NCBI GenBank assembly: GCA_934163035.1
Contig: CAKPJX010000001.1
Location: forward strand, 17,294-81,293
Source of the DNA: an uncultured Bacilli bacterium
Lineage (GTDB): Bacteria; Bacillota_I; Bacilli_A; RF39; UBA660
Direction: 5' to 3'
Length of the DNA stretch: 64,000 nucleotides
The position numbers and the translations under genes were made by a program. The notes below the pieces were generated by a model. It did no database searches, was not told the DNA's origin, and was given only the letters and a program-made list of their open reading frames with translations. Below, piece by piece: positions 9,082 to 18,825 of the stretch; the stretch's first letter is position 1; every line of letters starts with the position of its first letter.

Positions 9082-10683
9082 TTAATTATCATTAGTACAA
9101 GAATAATATATCTTTATGCCCTTTTCAGTCTTTTCACGACTAATCTTACTACTGCACCAATTAGGACAAATAGCCTTATCTTCTACAGCACTATAGTAGC
9201 CACCACATTCCATATCATCTTCTTCTATCCTATCTTCAATATCAAAAATAATATACCCATCTGCAGTCTTTACTTGAGAATATAAGTAAACTTTAGAAAA
9301 ATTATTCATTAATTTTAAAGTCGTTTTTTCATTCGTAACAATTCTCATATCCCTATTATTGCCAATATTAAAATAATCTCTAATAGTATTATTCTTTAAA
9401 TCATTTAAAAAATCATCAAATAAAGCAATATAATTACCTGTAAAAGATGAATAAAATGTATAATCTTTCATTCCAAATAAAGATATTTTATCATACTTAA
9501 TATTTTCAAATTCATAAATATAATTATTTTTAATTACAATCATATCATCAGCCATATTATTATCTATTATAATTGAATAATCATGTGGATATGAATTAGT
9601 TATAATCATATTATCTTCATACTTAATTTCTTTAACATCTTCTTTTTTATTAATATCACTACTATTGGCTATTTTAAAGTTCTTTATACCAATAAAGCCA
9701 ACTCCTCCACCAATACCAATAAGTAATAAAGAAATAAGAGTCAAAACCGTCACAACCTTAATATTAATTTTCTTACTTATAACAAAATAAAGCAATAGTA
9801 ACATGACTAGAACTATTAATAATATACTTCCAATAAACGATAGTGATGTACCAACAAAGAAAATAGAATGAATAGATAAATATAGGCTTATCACTAATCC
9901 AACAACTGCAAAAATCAAAATAAAAGCTGCAAAAAATAACACAAAACAAATGCAAAACTTAATTACATATATCACTGCTTTTGAAAATATTGATAAAAAT
10001 GCAAATGGTTCATGATTAGGATCACGAAAAACTATTCGTTCTTCTTTTTTATTATCATTAAATGTAACTTTCTTATCATTTAAATCACTATTTTTATTTT
10101 TAATATTCTTACTATCACCAGTATCAACACATTTATCATAATAGTTTAAATACCTAATTTTAAATATATGTATAATAACTATTAAAGACAGTATCAAAGA
10201 TATGACCTCACAAATGCCTTTTAAAACAGAATATATAAAATTATAAGCACCGCTAGATAAGAATATAAATATATGACATATTATATAAGGAACAATCCTT
10301 GAAAAAGCAGAACTAATTATAAATAGACCTAATGCAATAAATAGCTGTTCAATTATACATTTAAGTATTGAAGTAAACTTCATTTGTGATAGCATATTTA
10401 TTGTCTTAGTAATAAAACCAAGTAGAGAATCTATCATAACATTAAAATTGTTCTTACTTTTCCTTTCATTTTGTTCAACATCTACGATATTCTCATCAAT
10501 CAAGCTATCCATACTACAACCAAATATATTGCATATTTGCACTATTTTATCTGTTTCCGGATATGTATTATTGCTCTCCCATTTAGATACAGATTGTCTT
10601 GAAACATTAAGCATAGACGCCAAATCTTCCTGAGAAAAGCCTCTTTCCTTTCTCAGTTTAATTAGTTTATCACCAAACTTCAT
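9082..10683 (-). CDS. membrane-spanning XRE-family HTH transcriptional regulator
   Basis: N-terminal LRKERGFSQEDLASMLNVSRQSVSKWES HTH, then multiple TM helices, then a ~200-aa C-terminal domain that ends Cys-rich. Confidence 0.8.
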   Translation of the reverse strand: MKFGDKLIKLRKERGFSQEDLASMLNVSRQSVSKWESNNTYPETDKIVQICNIFGCSMDSLIDENIVDVEQNERKSKNNFNVMIDSLLGFITKTINMLSQMKFTSILKCIIEQLFIALGLFIISSAFSRIVPYIICHIFIFLSSGAYNFIYSVLKGICEVISLILSLIVIIHIFKIRYLNYYDKCVDTGDSKNIKNKNSDLNDKKVTFNDNKKEERIVFRDPNHEPFAFLSIFSKAVIYVIKFCICFVLFFAAFILIFAVVGLVISLYLSIHSIFFVGTSLSFIGSILLIVLVMLLLLYFVISKKINIKVVTVLTLISLLLIGIGGGVGFIGIKNFKIANSSDINKKEDVKEIKYEDNMIITNSYPHDYSIIIDNNMADDMIVIKNNYIYEFENIKYDKISLFGMKDYTFYSSFTGNYIALFDDFLNDLKNNTIRDYFNIGNNRDMRIVTNEKTTLKLMNNFSKVYLYSQVKTADGYIIFDIEDRIEEDDMECGGYYSAVEDKAICPNWCSSKISREKTEKGIKIYYSCTNDN

Positions 10684-10864
10684 AATTTCACCTCACATCA
10701 ACAATAATATGATAATTACAGGTTGCATTCTACCAACTTTACTTGGAAATTTGTAAACTTTAAGTTGCATTAATAGTATAATAGCACAAATTTTAAAAAA
10801 TAAGTCAAAATAATAAAAATAGTCAGTGCTTAAACACCAACTATTAAAAAATTTATATATTCTT

Positions 10865-13210
10865 TTAATTAGCACAAGGCCAAGGTTTTAGAGTATCACA
10901 TTTATTCTTAGGAGGAATATAACTTGCCTTTTTAGTAGAACAATTTCCAGCTCTATCACAAATTTTAAGATCAGCTTTAATAACCTTAACAGTACTTTTT
11001 CTACTTAAGCAAATTGAAGCCCCACTCAAAAACTTTCCTGATAATGCACCATTATTAGCGTTGTCCCAATTATAGGTAGCATTACCATACCCATTATTTG
11101 AGCAAGTATTACCCGAGAACTGCTCTCCTTCTTCAATTTGATAGCAATATTTAAAATAAGCATTATTTGTTGATATACCAGACAAATTATCTGTAAACGT
11201 ATATCCAAATTTATAATAACCATGATCATTCGTTATGCCACAAGTAGTCATGTCTAATTTTTCAACAAACTTAGGTGGGTCTTTATCAACTTTTAAAGTA
11301 ATATCACATGTATTAACTCTTCCAGCATTATTTTTTATATAACCATACCATTTTTGCTTTTTAGTATTATCTGTTTGCTTGGCAGTTAAATTTTTTTTAT
11401 TATATGAAGGCGTTTTAGAAGTTGTCAATTTATAACCAGCTATACCACTTGTACTTGTACCATTAGTCATAGTTAATTTAACATTAGATGTATACCAATT
11501 ATTATCACCCTTAGTACCACTTGCACTAATGCTACATGTAGGTGAATTTTTATCAACTTTTACACTAATACTGCATTTGTTAACATTTCCAGCATTGTTT
11601 TTTACATAACCATACCATTTTTGCTTTTTAGTATTATCTGTTTGATTGCCAGTTAAAATAGTTCCATTATATGAAGGTTTATCTGAAGTTGTTAATATAG
11701 CGCCAGCTATACCACTTGTACTTGTACCATTAGTCATAGTTAATTTAACATTAGATGTATACCAATTATTATCACCCTTAGTACCACTTGCACTAATGCT
11801 ACATGTAGGTGAATTTTTATCAACCTTTATAGTTTTATAACATTCATTAACATTACCAGCTTTATCTTTTACATAACCATACCAATTTTGCTTTTTAGTA
11901 TTATCTGTTTGATTACCAGTTAAAATAGTTCCATTATATAAAGGTTTATCTGAAGTTGTTAATATAGCACCAGCTATACCACTACCATTTTTATCATCCT
12001 TACTCATATCTAGTCTAACATCAGATGTATACCAATCATTATCGCCCTTAGTACCACTTACAGTAATACCACATAATGGCTTTTCTTTATCTATTTTTAC
12101 ACTAAATTTCTTCTCTGCTATTTTATCATTTCCATATTTAGTTTTAAACGCTAATTTCTGTGTTTTAACTTTTTGATCTTCAGCAATAACATTAGTTTCC
12201 ACTTCTTCTTTAGAACTGCCATCAGAAAGTATTATATCTATTTTTTTGCCACAAGCATCAGTAGCTGTTGCAGTTACATAGACATTTTTATTGGTCCATG
12301 TATTGTTTTTATAATCATCATACTGTTTAATATTTTTAATATCAATATTACTATCATACTTTTTAGCAATCACTTTTATCTGTGGCTTGATATAATTAAC
12401 TGTAATAGTCTTACTTAATACTTCATACTGATAATCACTATCGGCATAACGATATTTTAATACTAATTTATAGTTTTTATTTTCTTCCTTCTGAACTATC
12501 TTATCAGCAAAAGATAAACTAATATTCGCCAAATTATTAAGATCATCTATTTTAGTATATTCTAATTTTTTTATTAAACCTTGATTATCACTACTAACAG
12601 AATCGATTAAGGAATACCCAAGTTCTACAATTCTTTTATTTTCATCGCTATCAACTGCTAATGTTAATTTAGCATCATTACTATTAGAAATACATGATGG
12701 AACATTCCTAATCTGTGCAATTTTATTGTTATCTATATTTTTACATACAGTTGGAACAGTAAATGTTGTTTGATACACTACTTCTTTCCCATTCTTCTTA
12801 CATATAATTGTTGGATAATACTTATAATTCCCTGATTCCTCCCTGACAACATATGCTGCTATATCATCACCAGTTCCAGTACATTCAACTCCATCTAAAT
12901 TATAACTCTTAAGTAAATTCCGACTCTTCAACTCTTCAAATTTTATACTAGCACATTGCGTATTTAAATCCCTTTTATTAAATTTGTCCTCACCATATGA
13001 ATCAATATATAATTTGGCAGAAGATATTATAGATTCCTCATATGACACATATTTTTTCTTTTCATTTTTTACTTGAATACCATTAACCACTGGCAAAGCA
13101 ATAGTAATAATAATTCCCAAAATAGCAATTGCTACAACCAATTCTACTAAAGTAAAACCAGTAGTTTTTTTATTTTCTTTATTATAAAATTTATCTTTCC
13201 AAGCCACCAC
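10865..13210 (-). CDS. modular type IV prepilin-like protein, 781 aa, with three tandem beta-sandwich-like repeats
   Basis: Class III signal peptide ...KKTTG/FTLVELVVAIAILGIIITIALP with G-1, F+1 and E+5. GTG start. A pilin-like head with Cys pairs is followed by 3 x 89-aa repeats and a Cys-rich tail. Confidence 0.8.
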   Translation of the reverse strand: MVAWKDKFYNKENKKTTGFTLVELVVAIAILGIIITIALPVVNGIQVKNEKKKYVSYEESIISSAKLYIDSYGEDKFNKRDLNTQCASIKFEELKSRNLLKSYNLDGVECTGTGDDIAAYVVREESGNYKYYPTIICKKNGKEVVYQTTFTVPTVCKNIDNNKIAQIRNVPSCISNSNDAKLTLAVDSDENKRIVELGYSLIDSVSSDNQGLIKKLEYTKIDDLNNLANISLSFADKIVQKEENKNYKLVLKYRYADSDYQYEVLSKTITVNYIKPQIKVIAKKYDSNIDIKNIKQYDDYKNNTWTNKNVYVTATATDACGKKIDIILSDGSSKEEVETNVIAEDQKVKTQKLAFKTKYGNDKIAEKKFSVKIDKEKPLCGITVSGTKGDNDWYTSDVRLDMSKDDKNGSGIAGAILTTSDKPLYNGTILTGNQTDNTKKQNWYGYVKDKAGNVNECYKTIKVDKNSPTCSISASGTKGDNNWYTSNVKLTMTNGTSTSGIAGAILTTSDKPSYNGTILTGNQTDNTKKQKWYGYVKNNAGNVNKCSISVKVDKNSPTCSISASGTKGDNNWYTSNVKLTMTNGTSTSGIAGYKLTTSKTPSYNKKNLTAKQTDNTKKQKWYGYIKNNAGRVNTCDITLKVDKDPPKFVEKLDMTTCGITNDHGYYKFGYTFTDNLSGISTNNAYFKYCYQIEEGEQFSGNTCSNNGYGNATYNWDNANNGALSGKFLSGASICLSRKSTVKVIKADLKICDRAGNCSTKKASYIPPKNKCDTLKPWPCAN
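11281..12085 (-). repeat. three tandem 267-bp coding repeats inside the pilin gene
   Basis: The string ccagctataccacttgtacttgtacc... recurs at 11436 and 11703, exactly 267 nt apart, with a run of ~120 identical nt. A third, more diverged copy lies at ~11818..12085. Confidence 0.9.
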
Positions 13211-13287
13211 AACATCACATCCTAATTACTATTATATATAACGAAATTATACAATAGTTTTATTCAATAATCAATAATAGTCCAGAT

Positions 13288-13322
13288 ATAATAAAAGACA
13301 AATAAATACATGTTTATTTGCC
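13288..13322 (-). terminator. rho-independent terminator
   Basis: Minus strand GGCAAATAAA-CATGTA-TTTATTTGTC followed by TTTTATTAT, 12 nt after the stop at 13334. Confidence 0.6.
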
Positions 13323-13333
13323 TTAATATCATA

Positions 13334-14968
13334 CTACTTAAAAATAGATCTTATTTTATAGATAAATGTAGAATTAGAAGCGCTATTTGAGCTATAACCC
13401 TTATAGTCTTTAGATAATTTAACAAGTCTCTTTAATTTATTAACATAACCACTAGCAGTATTACCATATGAAGAAAGTTTATTTATTCCTTCACTATTTA
13501 ACTTATCAAGTCCCTCTGATAATGTCGATGTACCATCAGCAGCACTATTTGCTCCATCAGCTAAATCCTTAGCCCCAACAGATAATTTAGAAATACCGTT
13601 CTTTAAATCATCAAGTCCAGTCTCTAACTCACTAGAACCATCCTTAGCCTCAGTCAAAGCCTCTTCAAGTTGCGCTAACATACTATTGATAGTTGCCGAA
13701 GTATCACTTATTTTAGCAGATAATGTTGTAATAGCATAACTATTGTTTTCTAATAACATTAAATAAGATACATCCTTTAATTGCTCAATTGTTAAAAGGA
13801 CACCCTTTTCTATTTCCTTCTTTCCAACACAAGCTGCTATTTTTAATTCATCCTCTTCTGTTGCTAAATTACACTCATCAATAATTTCTTTTGCTTTAGT
13901 GATCTTAGTCTCATCATTATTAAATTCATTTCTAATTTTAGTAATCATTTTTGTATTTGCCTGTTGCAATTGTCCTAACTTTTCCATTTGAGAAACTGTC
14001 TCTTCACTAGTTTGAGCTTCTTCTAAAGTCTTTTTAGCTTCTTCCAAACTAGCTATAATCTGCTCTAATCCAGAAGTTAATTTAACAGAACCTGCCTCTA
14101 ATTTAGAAACTCCAATCATAGCCTCATTTAATTTACTATTAATAGTATCAGCACCAGTTGCTAATTTCTTAGTACCAACAGTTAATTCCTTAGCTCCAAG
14201 AACAGCTTTATCCATATTAGATTGGAGTAGGTGCAATGAACTGTTTAAAGTATCCATCTTATTAAAAATAGATAAATCAGTATCAGACAATAACTTAGGA
14301 GTAGAAACTACATAAACATTGTTTAATTTAAAATTAGTAGTCTTATATGATAATACAACTTCATCTAAACCTTTAAGTTCATCTAAACCTAGACTTTCAT
14401 ATAAACCAGGAGAAGCTAAAGCTACAGCCATACTATTTTTACCAGTACTAACTACTTTACCATTACTAACTTCTATATTTGTATTTTCCTTATTACTTAA
14501 AGTTGTACCCATAGTAACTACAAATGGAGTATATAAACCATTACTATAAACATTATTTTTAAAACTTAGTTTAATTGTAACTTCTCCCTTTTTACCAGCC
14601 ATTTTCTTAGCTGACACTTCTTTTCCATTTAAATAGTATTTAACATCAACTGTAATAGGTAATTCTTTATCACTACTTCCCTGATAAAATATATCCTTTC
14701 CTGTACTATTCCAAGTAAGAACATTACCATCTCTATTAAATTTTTCAGTACCATTAATATTTAATAATTTTTTTAATTCTGTATCATCACTAACACTGCC
14801 TTTATCTAAATTGAAGATATGATTATTGACAACAGTCTTCTCAATCTTTCCATCCAACCCTAAATTAGTATAAACAACTTCATCTTTAGATAAAGCAAAA
14901 GTAGATACAGGTGTCATTAACATAGAAGACATTAATATTCCAGAAATAATTTTATTAATTTTTTTCAT
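13334..14968 (-). CDS. secreted coiled-coil protein with LxxG-type heptad repeats (YhgE/Pip-like partner of MMPL)
   Basis: Signal peptide MKKINKIISGILMSSMLMTPVSTFA. Repeated ...L..G...L..G... segments such as KELTVGTKKLATGADTINSKL and DLKNGISKLSVGAKDLADGAN. The stop abuts the MMPL gene. Confidence 0.6.
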   Translation of the reverse strand: MKKINKIISGILMSSMLMTPVSTFALSKDEVVYTNLGLDGKIEKTVVNNHIFNLDKGSVSDDTELKKLLNINGTEKFNRDGNVLTWNSTGKDIFYQGSSDKELPITVDVKYYLNGKEVSAKKMAGKKGEVTIKLSFKNNVYSNGLYTPFVVTMGTTLSNKENTNIEVSNGKVVSTGKNSMAVALASPGLYESLGLDELKGLDEVVLSYKTTNFKLNNVYVVSTPKLLSDTDLSIFNKMDTLNSSLHLLQSNMDKAVLGAKELTVGTKKLATGADTINSKLNEAMIGVSKLEAGSVKLTSGLEQIIASLEEAKKTLEEAQTSEETVSQMEKLGQLQQANTKMITKIRNEFNNDETKITKAKEIIDECNLATEEDELKIAACVGKKEIEKGVLLTIEQLKDVSYLMLLENNSYAITTLSAKISDTSATINSMLAQLEEALTEAKDGSSELETGLDDLKNGISKLSVGAKDLADGANSAADGTSTLSEGLDKLNSEGINKLSSYGNTASGYVNKLKRLVKLSKDYKGYSSNSASNSTFIYKIRSIFK

Positions 14969-14969
14969 T

Positions 14970-17033
14970 CTAAACTCCCTCTTTCTTAATATTTTTATGT
15001 TTTAAAATAATTTTATCAAACAACATTAATAATGTTGGTAATATAAATATTACAGAAACCATACTAATTATTGATCCACGTGCTAATAAAGTACATATAG
15101 AACCAATCATATCTATTTTAGTATAAAAACCTACACTAGCTGTTGCTGCAAAGAAACATAGTGCTGACGTAATTATTGATGGGATAGTAAATTTAAGTGT
15201 ATCCTCCATTGCCTTATTCTTATCACTACCACTCTGACGTTCTTCTATGTATTTGGTAGACATTAATATAGCATAATCAATTGTAGCTCCTAACTGTATT
15301 GTTCCAACAACAATTGATGCAATAAATGGTAAGGAAACTCCCATATAATATGCAAAAGACATATTAACAAAAATAGCAAATTCAATAACTATACTTAAGA
15401 TAATTGGTAAACATAGTGCCTTTAAAACCAAAACCATAATTATAAATATAACAACCAAAGAAGTATAATTAACCATATTGAAATCATGATCTGCAATAGT
15501 AATTAAGTCTTTCATTAAAGCACCCTCACCTGCTACTATTGCCTCTTTATCATATTTATGAACAATTTTATTCATTTCTGTAATTTGGTTATTTAATTTA
15601 TCTGATGCTATCTCATAAGTAGAATTAGTTAATATTAATTGATATTTTTCATTATTAAATAAATCTTGTAATTGATCCGGTAAAATAGTTTCAAGTCCAT
15701 TATTAACTATCTCTCCAGGTGCTAAAACCAAATCAATTCCTTTAACATCTTTTAATTCATCAGATAAACTTTCAATATCATCACTAGAAACATTTTTATC
15801 AAGTATTATTATTTCAGGAGATGTAATATTAAATTTTTCTGCTAATTCTTTATTAGCAATATTAAAAGCTAAATCTTTAGGTAGAGAATCATCAAGTTTA
15901 TAGTATACATCGAAATTTTTATTACCAATATAAGCCGGTATCATCAAAATTATAAATAATACTAAAATATATTTAGATTTTGAAATAATAAATTTTGGTA
16001 ATTTTTCAAATTTAGGTAATAATAATTTATGTTTAGTTTTATCAATAACTTTATCAAAAATAAGAAGTAATGTTGGGAATATTGTTACAACACATATAAG
16101 TCCAAATAAAACACCTTTTGCCATAACAATGCCAATATCCTTACCTAGTAATAAGTCCATTGTACATAAAGCTAAGAAACCTGCAAATGTTGTTAAAGAA
16201 GAACCTAAGATGGATTTAAACGTCTGAACAATAGCATCATCCATAGCTTCTTTTTTATCTTTAATAGACTTCTTAGAATCTTCATATTTATGATATAAGA
16301 ATATTGAAAAGTCAGTTGTAACACCAAGCTGTAATACTGCTGAAATTGATTTAGTAATATAACTTATATCTCCTAAGAAATAATTACTTCCCATATTATA
16401 AATTATAGCTACTCCAATATTTCCTAATAGAAGGAATGGAATAACATAAGAATCTGTAGTAGCCATAAGAATTATCAAACAGAATAAAACCGCAATTGAT
16501 ATATATGCAACTAATTCCTTATTTGATAAATCCATAGTGTCAATAACCATAGAAGTCATACTACTAATTCTAGAAGCATCATCAACTGTTTTTCTTAAAT
16601 CTCTAACAGCATTAATAGTAATATCTTCTGACGTAGATCCATCAAATGTAACAAAAATTAAAGTTTCATCATCGCTATATAACTTATCCTTTATCTGATC
16701 AGGTAACATATCATAAGGAATAGTAGTATCAATAATATCAGCCACACTATATATAGCGTTAACTCCTTTAATATCTTTTATTTTCTCTTCCAAGTTCAAT
16801 ATATCTAAAGATGACTTATTATCAACCATAACAAAAGCATATGATCCAAGTCCAAAATCATCAGTTAGTATTTTCTCACCCTTAATAGTTTCTATAGAAT
16901 CTGGTAAATACACTAAAATATCATAATTGATTCTAGTATTTACATATCCAAAAATAGAAATTATAAAAAGTATTACACTAATTACTAAAACCATAAATGG
17001 ATGATTAGTGATATTCTTCGCAAACTTTTTCAT
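14970..17033 (-). CDS. MMPL/RND-superfamily membrane transporter
   Basis: Two-fold architecture of TM bundle plus large loop. I trimmed the start to MKKFAKNITNHPF at 17033, which has an AAAGGAGAGAG RBS. Confidence 0.85.
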   Translation of the reverse strand: MKKFAKNITNHPFMVLVISVILFIISIFGYVNTRINYDILVYLPDSIETIKGEKILTDDFGLGSYAFVMVDNKSSLDILNLEEKIKDIKGVNAIYSVADIIDTTIPYDMLPDQIKDKLYSDDETLIFVTFDGSTSEDITINAVRDLRKTVDDASRISSMTSMVIDTMDLSNKELVAYISIAVLFCLIILMATTDSYVIPFLLLGNIGVAIIYNMGSNYFLGDISYITKSISAVLQLGVTTDFSIFLYHKYEDSKKSIKDKKEAMDDAIVQTFKSILGSSLTTFAGFLALCTMDLLLGKDIGIVMAKGVLFGLICVVTIFPTLLLIFDKVIDKTKHKLLLPKFEKLPKFIISKSKYILVLFIILMIPAYIGNKNFDVYYKLDDSLPKDLAFNIANKELAEKFNITSPEIIILDKNVSSDDIESLSDELKDVKGIDLVLAPGEIVNNGLETILPDQLQDLFNNEKYQLILTNSTYEIASDKLNNQITEMNKIVHKYDKEAIVAGEGALMKDLITIADHDFNMVNYTSLVVIFIIMVLVLKALCLPIILSIVIEFAIFVNMSFAYYMGVSLPFIASIVVGTIQLGATIDYAILMSTKYIEERQSGSDKNKAMEDTLKFTIPSIITSALCFFAATASVGFYTKIDMIGSICTLLARGSIISMVSVIFILPTLLMLFDKIILKHKNIKKEGV

Positions 17034-17109
17034 ACTTTCTCTCTCCTTTGCATAACTAATTCTATGCAAAATAAAAAAAAAGACCATACTCAGTTTCCTA
17101 AAATAGTAC

Positions 17110-17167
17110 GATAACCAACACTTATCCGAAAAATGTATAAGAAATATCCAACATAGTGTTGTTTATC
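17110..17167. promoter_or_regulatory. 13-nt inverted repeat in the divergent MMPL/TetR intergenic region (candidate operator)
   Basis: GATAACCAACACT (17110..17122) and AGTGTTGTTTATC (17155..17167) match 12/13 as an inverted repeat. A TATAAT-like box follows near 17190. Confidence 0.35.
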
Positions 17168-17231
17168 TTTACATCGGTCTGTTTTGGTATATAATATAAA
17201 TAGACATTTTTAAGAGAAAAAGGGTGAAAAA

Positions 17232-17798
17232 ATGAGTAACAAAAGTGATTTAAGAGTAATAAAAACTAAGAATAATTTATATGAAGGTCTATTAAAAATG
17301 ATGCGTGATAAGCCATTTGAAGAAATAAAGGTATCTGATATCTGTAAAGTTTCTCTAACTAATAGATCAACATTCTATGATCATTTCAGTGATAAATATG
17401 AATTATTATCATCACTTATTAAAGATCTAGAAAATGAACTTATCTTAAAATTAAAAAGCAATGTAAATATTGCTTCATCAAAAGACTTCTATATGGAAAT
17501 GATCAAGTTATTATTTGAGCATATTAGTGAAAATATATCAATCTACTCTTCAATAGCAAAGAATAATGATAACAGTGTTGCTAGCGACATGATGTATGAT
17601 ACTTTAATTAAGGATGTTAAAAGTCATATTGAAGATAATGAAGAATATAAAGGTTCAATTCCAGCTGAAATAATTACAATATTTTATGTTAGTGCCGTAA
17701 TAAAAGTATGTTTTAAATATATCTCAGATCCAAATAAATATAAAATGGAAGAAATCCTATCTTACTTAGAGCAATTAATTCCAGACAATATATATTAA
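17232..17798 (+). CDS. TetR/AcrR family transcriptional regulator
   Basis: N-terminal HTH FEEIKVSDICKVSLTNRSTFYDHFSDKYELL. It is divergent from the MMPL operon. Confidence 0.85.
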   Translation: MSNKSDLRVIKTKNNLYEGLLKMMRDKPFEEIKVSDICKVSLTNRSTFYDHFSDKYELLSSLIKDLENELILKLKSNVNIASSKDFYMEMIKLLFEHISENISIYSSIAKNNDNSVASDMMYDTLIKDVKSHIEDNEEYKGSIPAEIITIFYVSAVIKVCFKYISDPNKYKMEEILSYLEQLIPDNIY

Positions 17799-18388
17799 TT
17801 TCTAGACTTAGACTTGAAATGATTAGATATTGTTCTAAAAAGCAATCTAGTAAAACTAATTATTAAACTATTAAAGTATAAATCTGTAACAACATCCTCA
17901 ATTCTAGAAAAATAATCATTTTTCAGTATATATTTTTGTCTAAAAGTTAAACACTTAAATAAAGTAATATCATCAAAAGTAATGATAGTATTTCTGCACT
18001 TAACTTCAGAACAAAAGAACAATTTACAAGCTACGTTTTTAGTTGTACATCCCTTAGAGCTTTGATATATACACCTTCTACAGCAACCATTATAAAATTC
18101 AGACTTATTTTTTCTTTGTACATAACATTTGCAATTCTTAAAACCGCAAATGTTTTTTTCTCCAAAAAAATTATCTATATAGTTGCACCCTTCATCAATT
18201 ATATATCTAAGTTTTTCTCTTCTATTCTTAATATTTAAAACCCTAACTACCTCTTCTTTCATATTAAAGTCATATCCTAAAACTTCAAAAGAAACATTTC
18301 TAAATAAAAAACAATTATAAAAAGAAAGTTTTCTAACAAACTTATCAAAATCAACTGAATTATTTAAATATATAATTTTCTTTTTCAT
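17795..18388 (-). CDS. cysteine-cluster protein (possibly YkgJ/CxxCxxCC-like)
   Basis: 13 Cys by my count, 11 of them within ~65 aa (ICGFKNCKCY...GCCRRCIYQSSKGC...ACKLFFCSEVKC). Confidence 0.35.
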   Translation of the reverse strand: MKKKIIYLNNSVDFDKFVRKLSFYNCFLFRNVSFEVLGYDFNMKEEVVRVLNIKNRREKLRYIIDEGCNYIDNFFGEKNICGFKNCKCYVQRKNKSEFYNGCCRRCIYQSSKGCTTKNVACKLFFCSEVKCRNTIITFDDITLFKCLTFRQKYILKNDYFSRIEDVVTDLYFNSLIISFTRLLFRTISNHFKSKSRN

Positions 18389-18398
18389 ACAACTATAC

Positions 18399-18809
18399 CT
18401 AACTATTTAAAATATTTTTAACTACATCATATTCATCTTTACTAATTCTATAAATACCATTATAAGCTTGCTCTAAATAATAGGTATTACTAATTTTATA
18501 AATATAAGTATCTATACTTTTATCTTTACTATTAACTTTTATAATAAATAATTCATCCGGATTAATAGGATTACTACTTTTACTTTTTGTAATAGTAGTT
18601 CTATTTTCTAAAATATTTGAAATAGCCTTAATAGTCTTATCATCATTATATTCAAATACATTGTTTTCTTGAGCCAACGTATCTATAGTTATAGATGTAA
18701 TATCATGATAATTTATAGTATTAAGCTTATATGTTTCTCTATTACTAAAAAGACAAAATGTTAATACAAAAATTCCAGCAATTATAACAAATAAAATTAT
18801 TTTCTTCAT
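18399..18809 (-). CDS. membrane-anchored hypothetical protein
   Basis: N-terminal hydrophobic anchor MKKIILFVIIAGIFVLTF. No recognisable motif. Confidence 0.5.
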   Translation of the reverse strand: MKKIILFVIIAGIFVLTFCLFSNRETYKLNTINYHDITSITIDTLAQENNVFEYNDDKTIKAISNILENRTTITKSKSSNPINPDELFIIKVNSKDKSIDTYIYKISNTYYLEQAYNGIYRISKDEYDVVKNILNS

Positions 18810-18825
18810 AAATTCCTCCCAAAAA

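Noticed and set aside
10693-10875. A 60-aa track ORF in the pilin/XRE intergenic region.
   Set aside because: It has no RBS, overlaps the pilin stop and likely promoter elements of the XRE gene, and its composition looks non-coding.
11281-12085. Regularly spaced repeats: a possible CRISPR array, or a diversity-generating retroelement target.
   Set aside because: The period is 267 nt, in frame, inside a long ORF. There is no spacer/repeat structure, no reverse transcriptase, and no template-repeat copy visible in the window.
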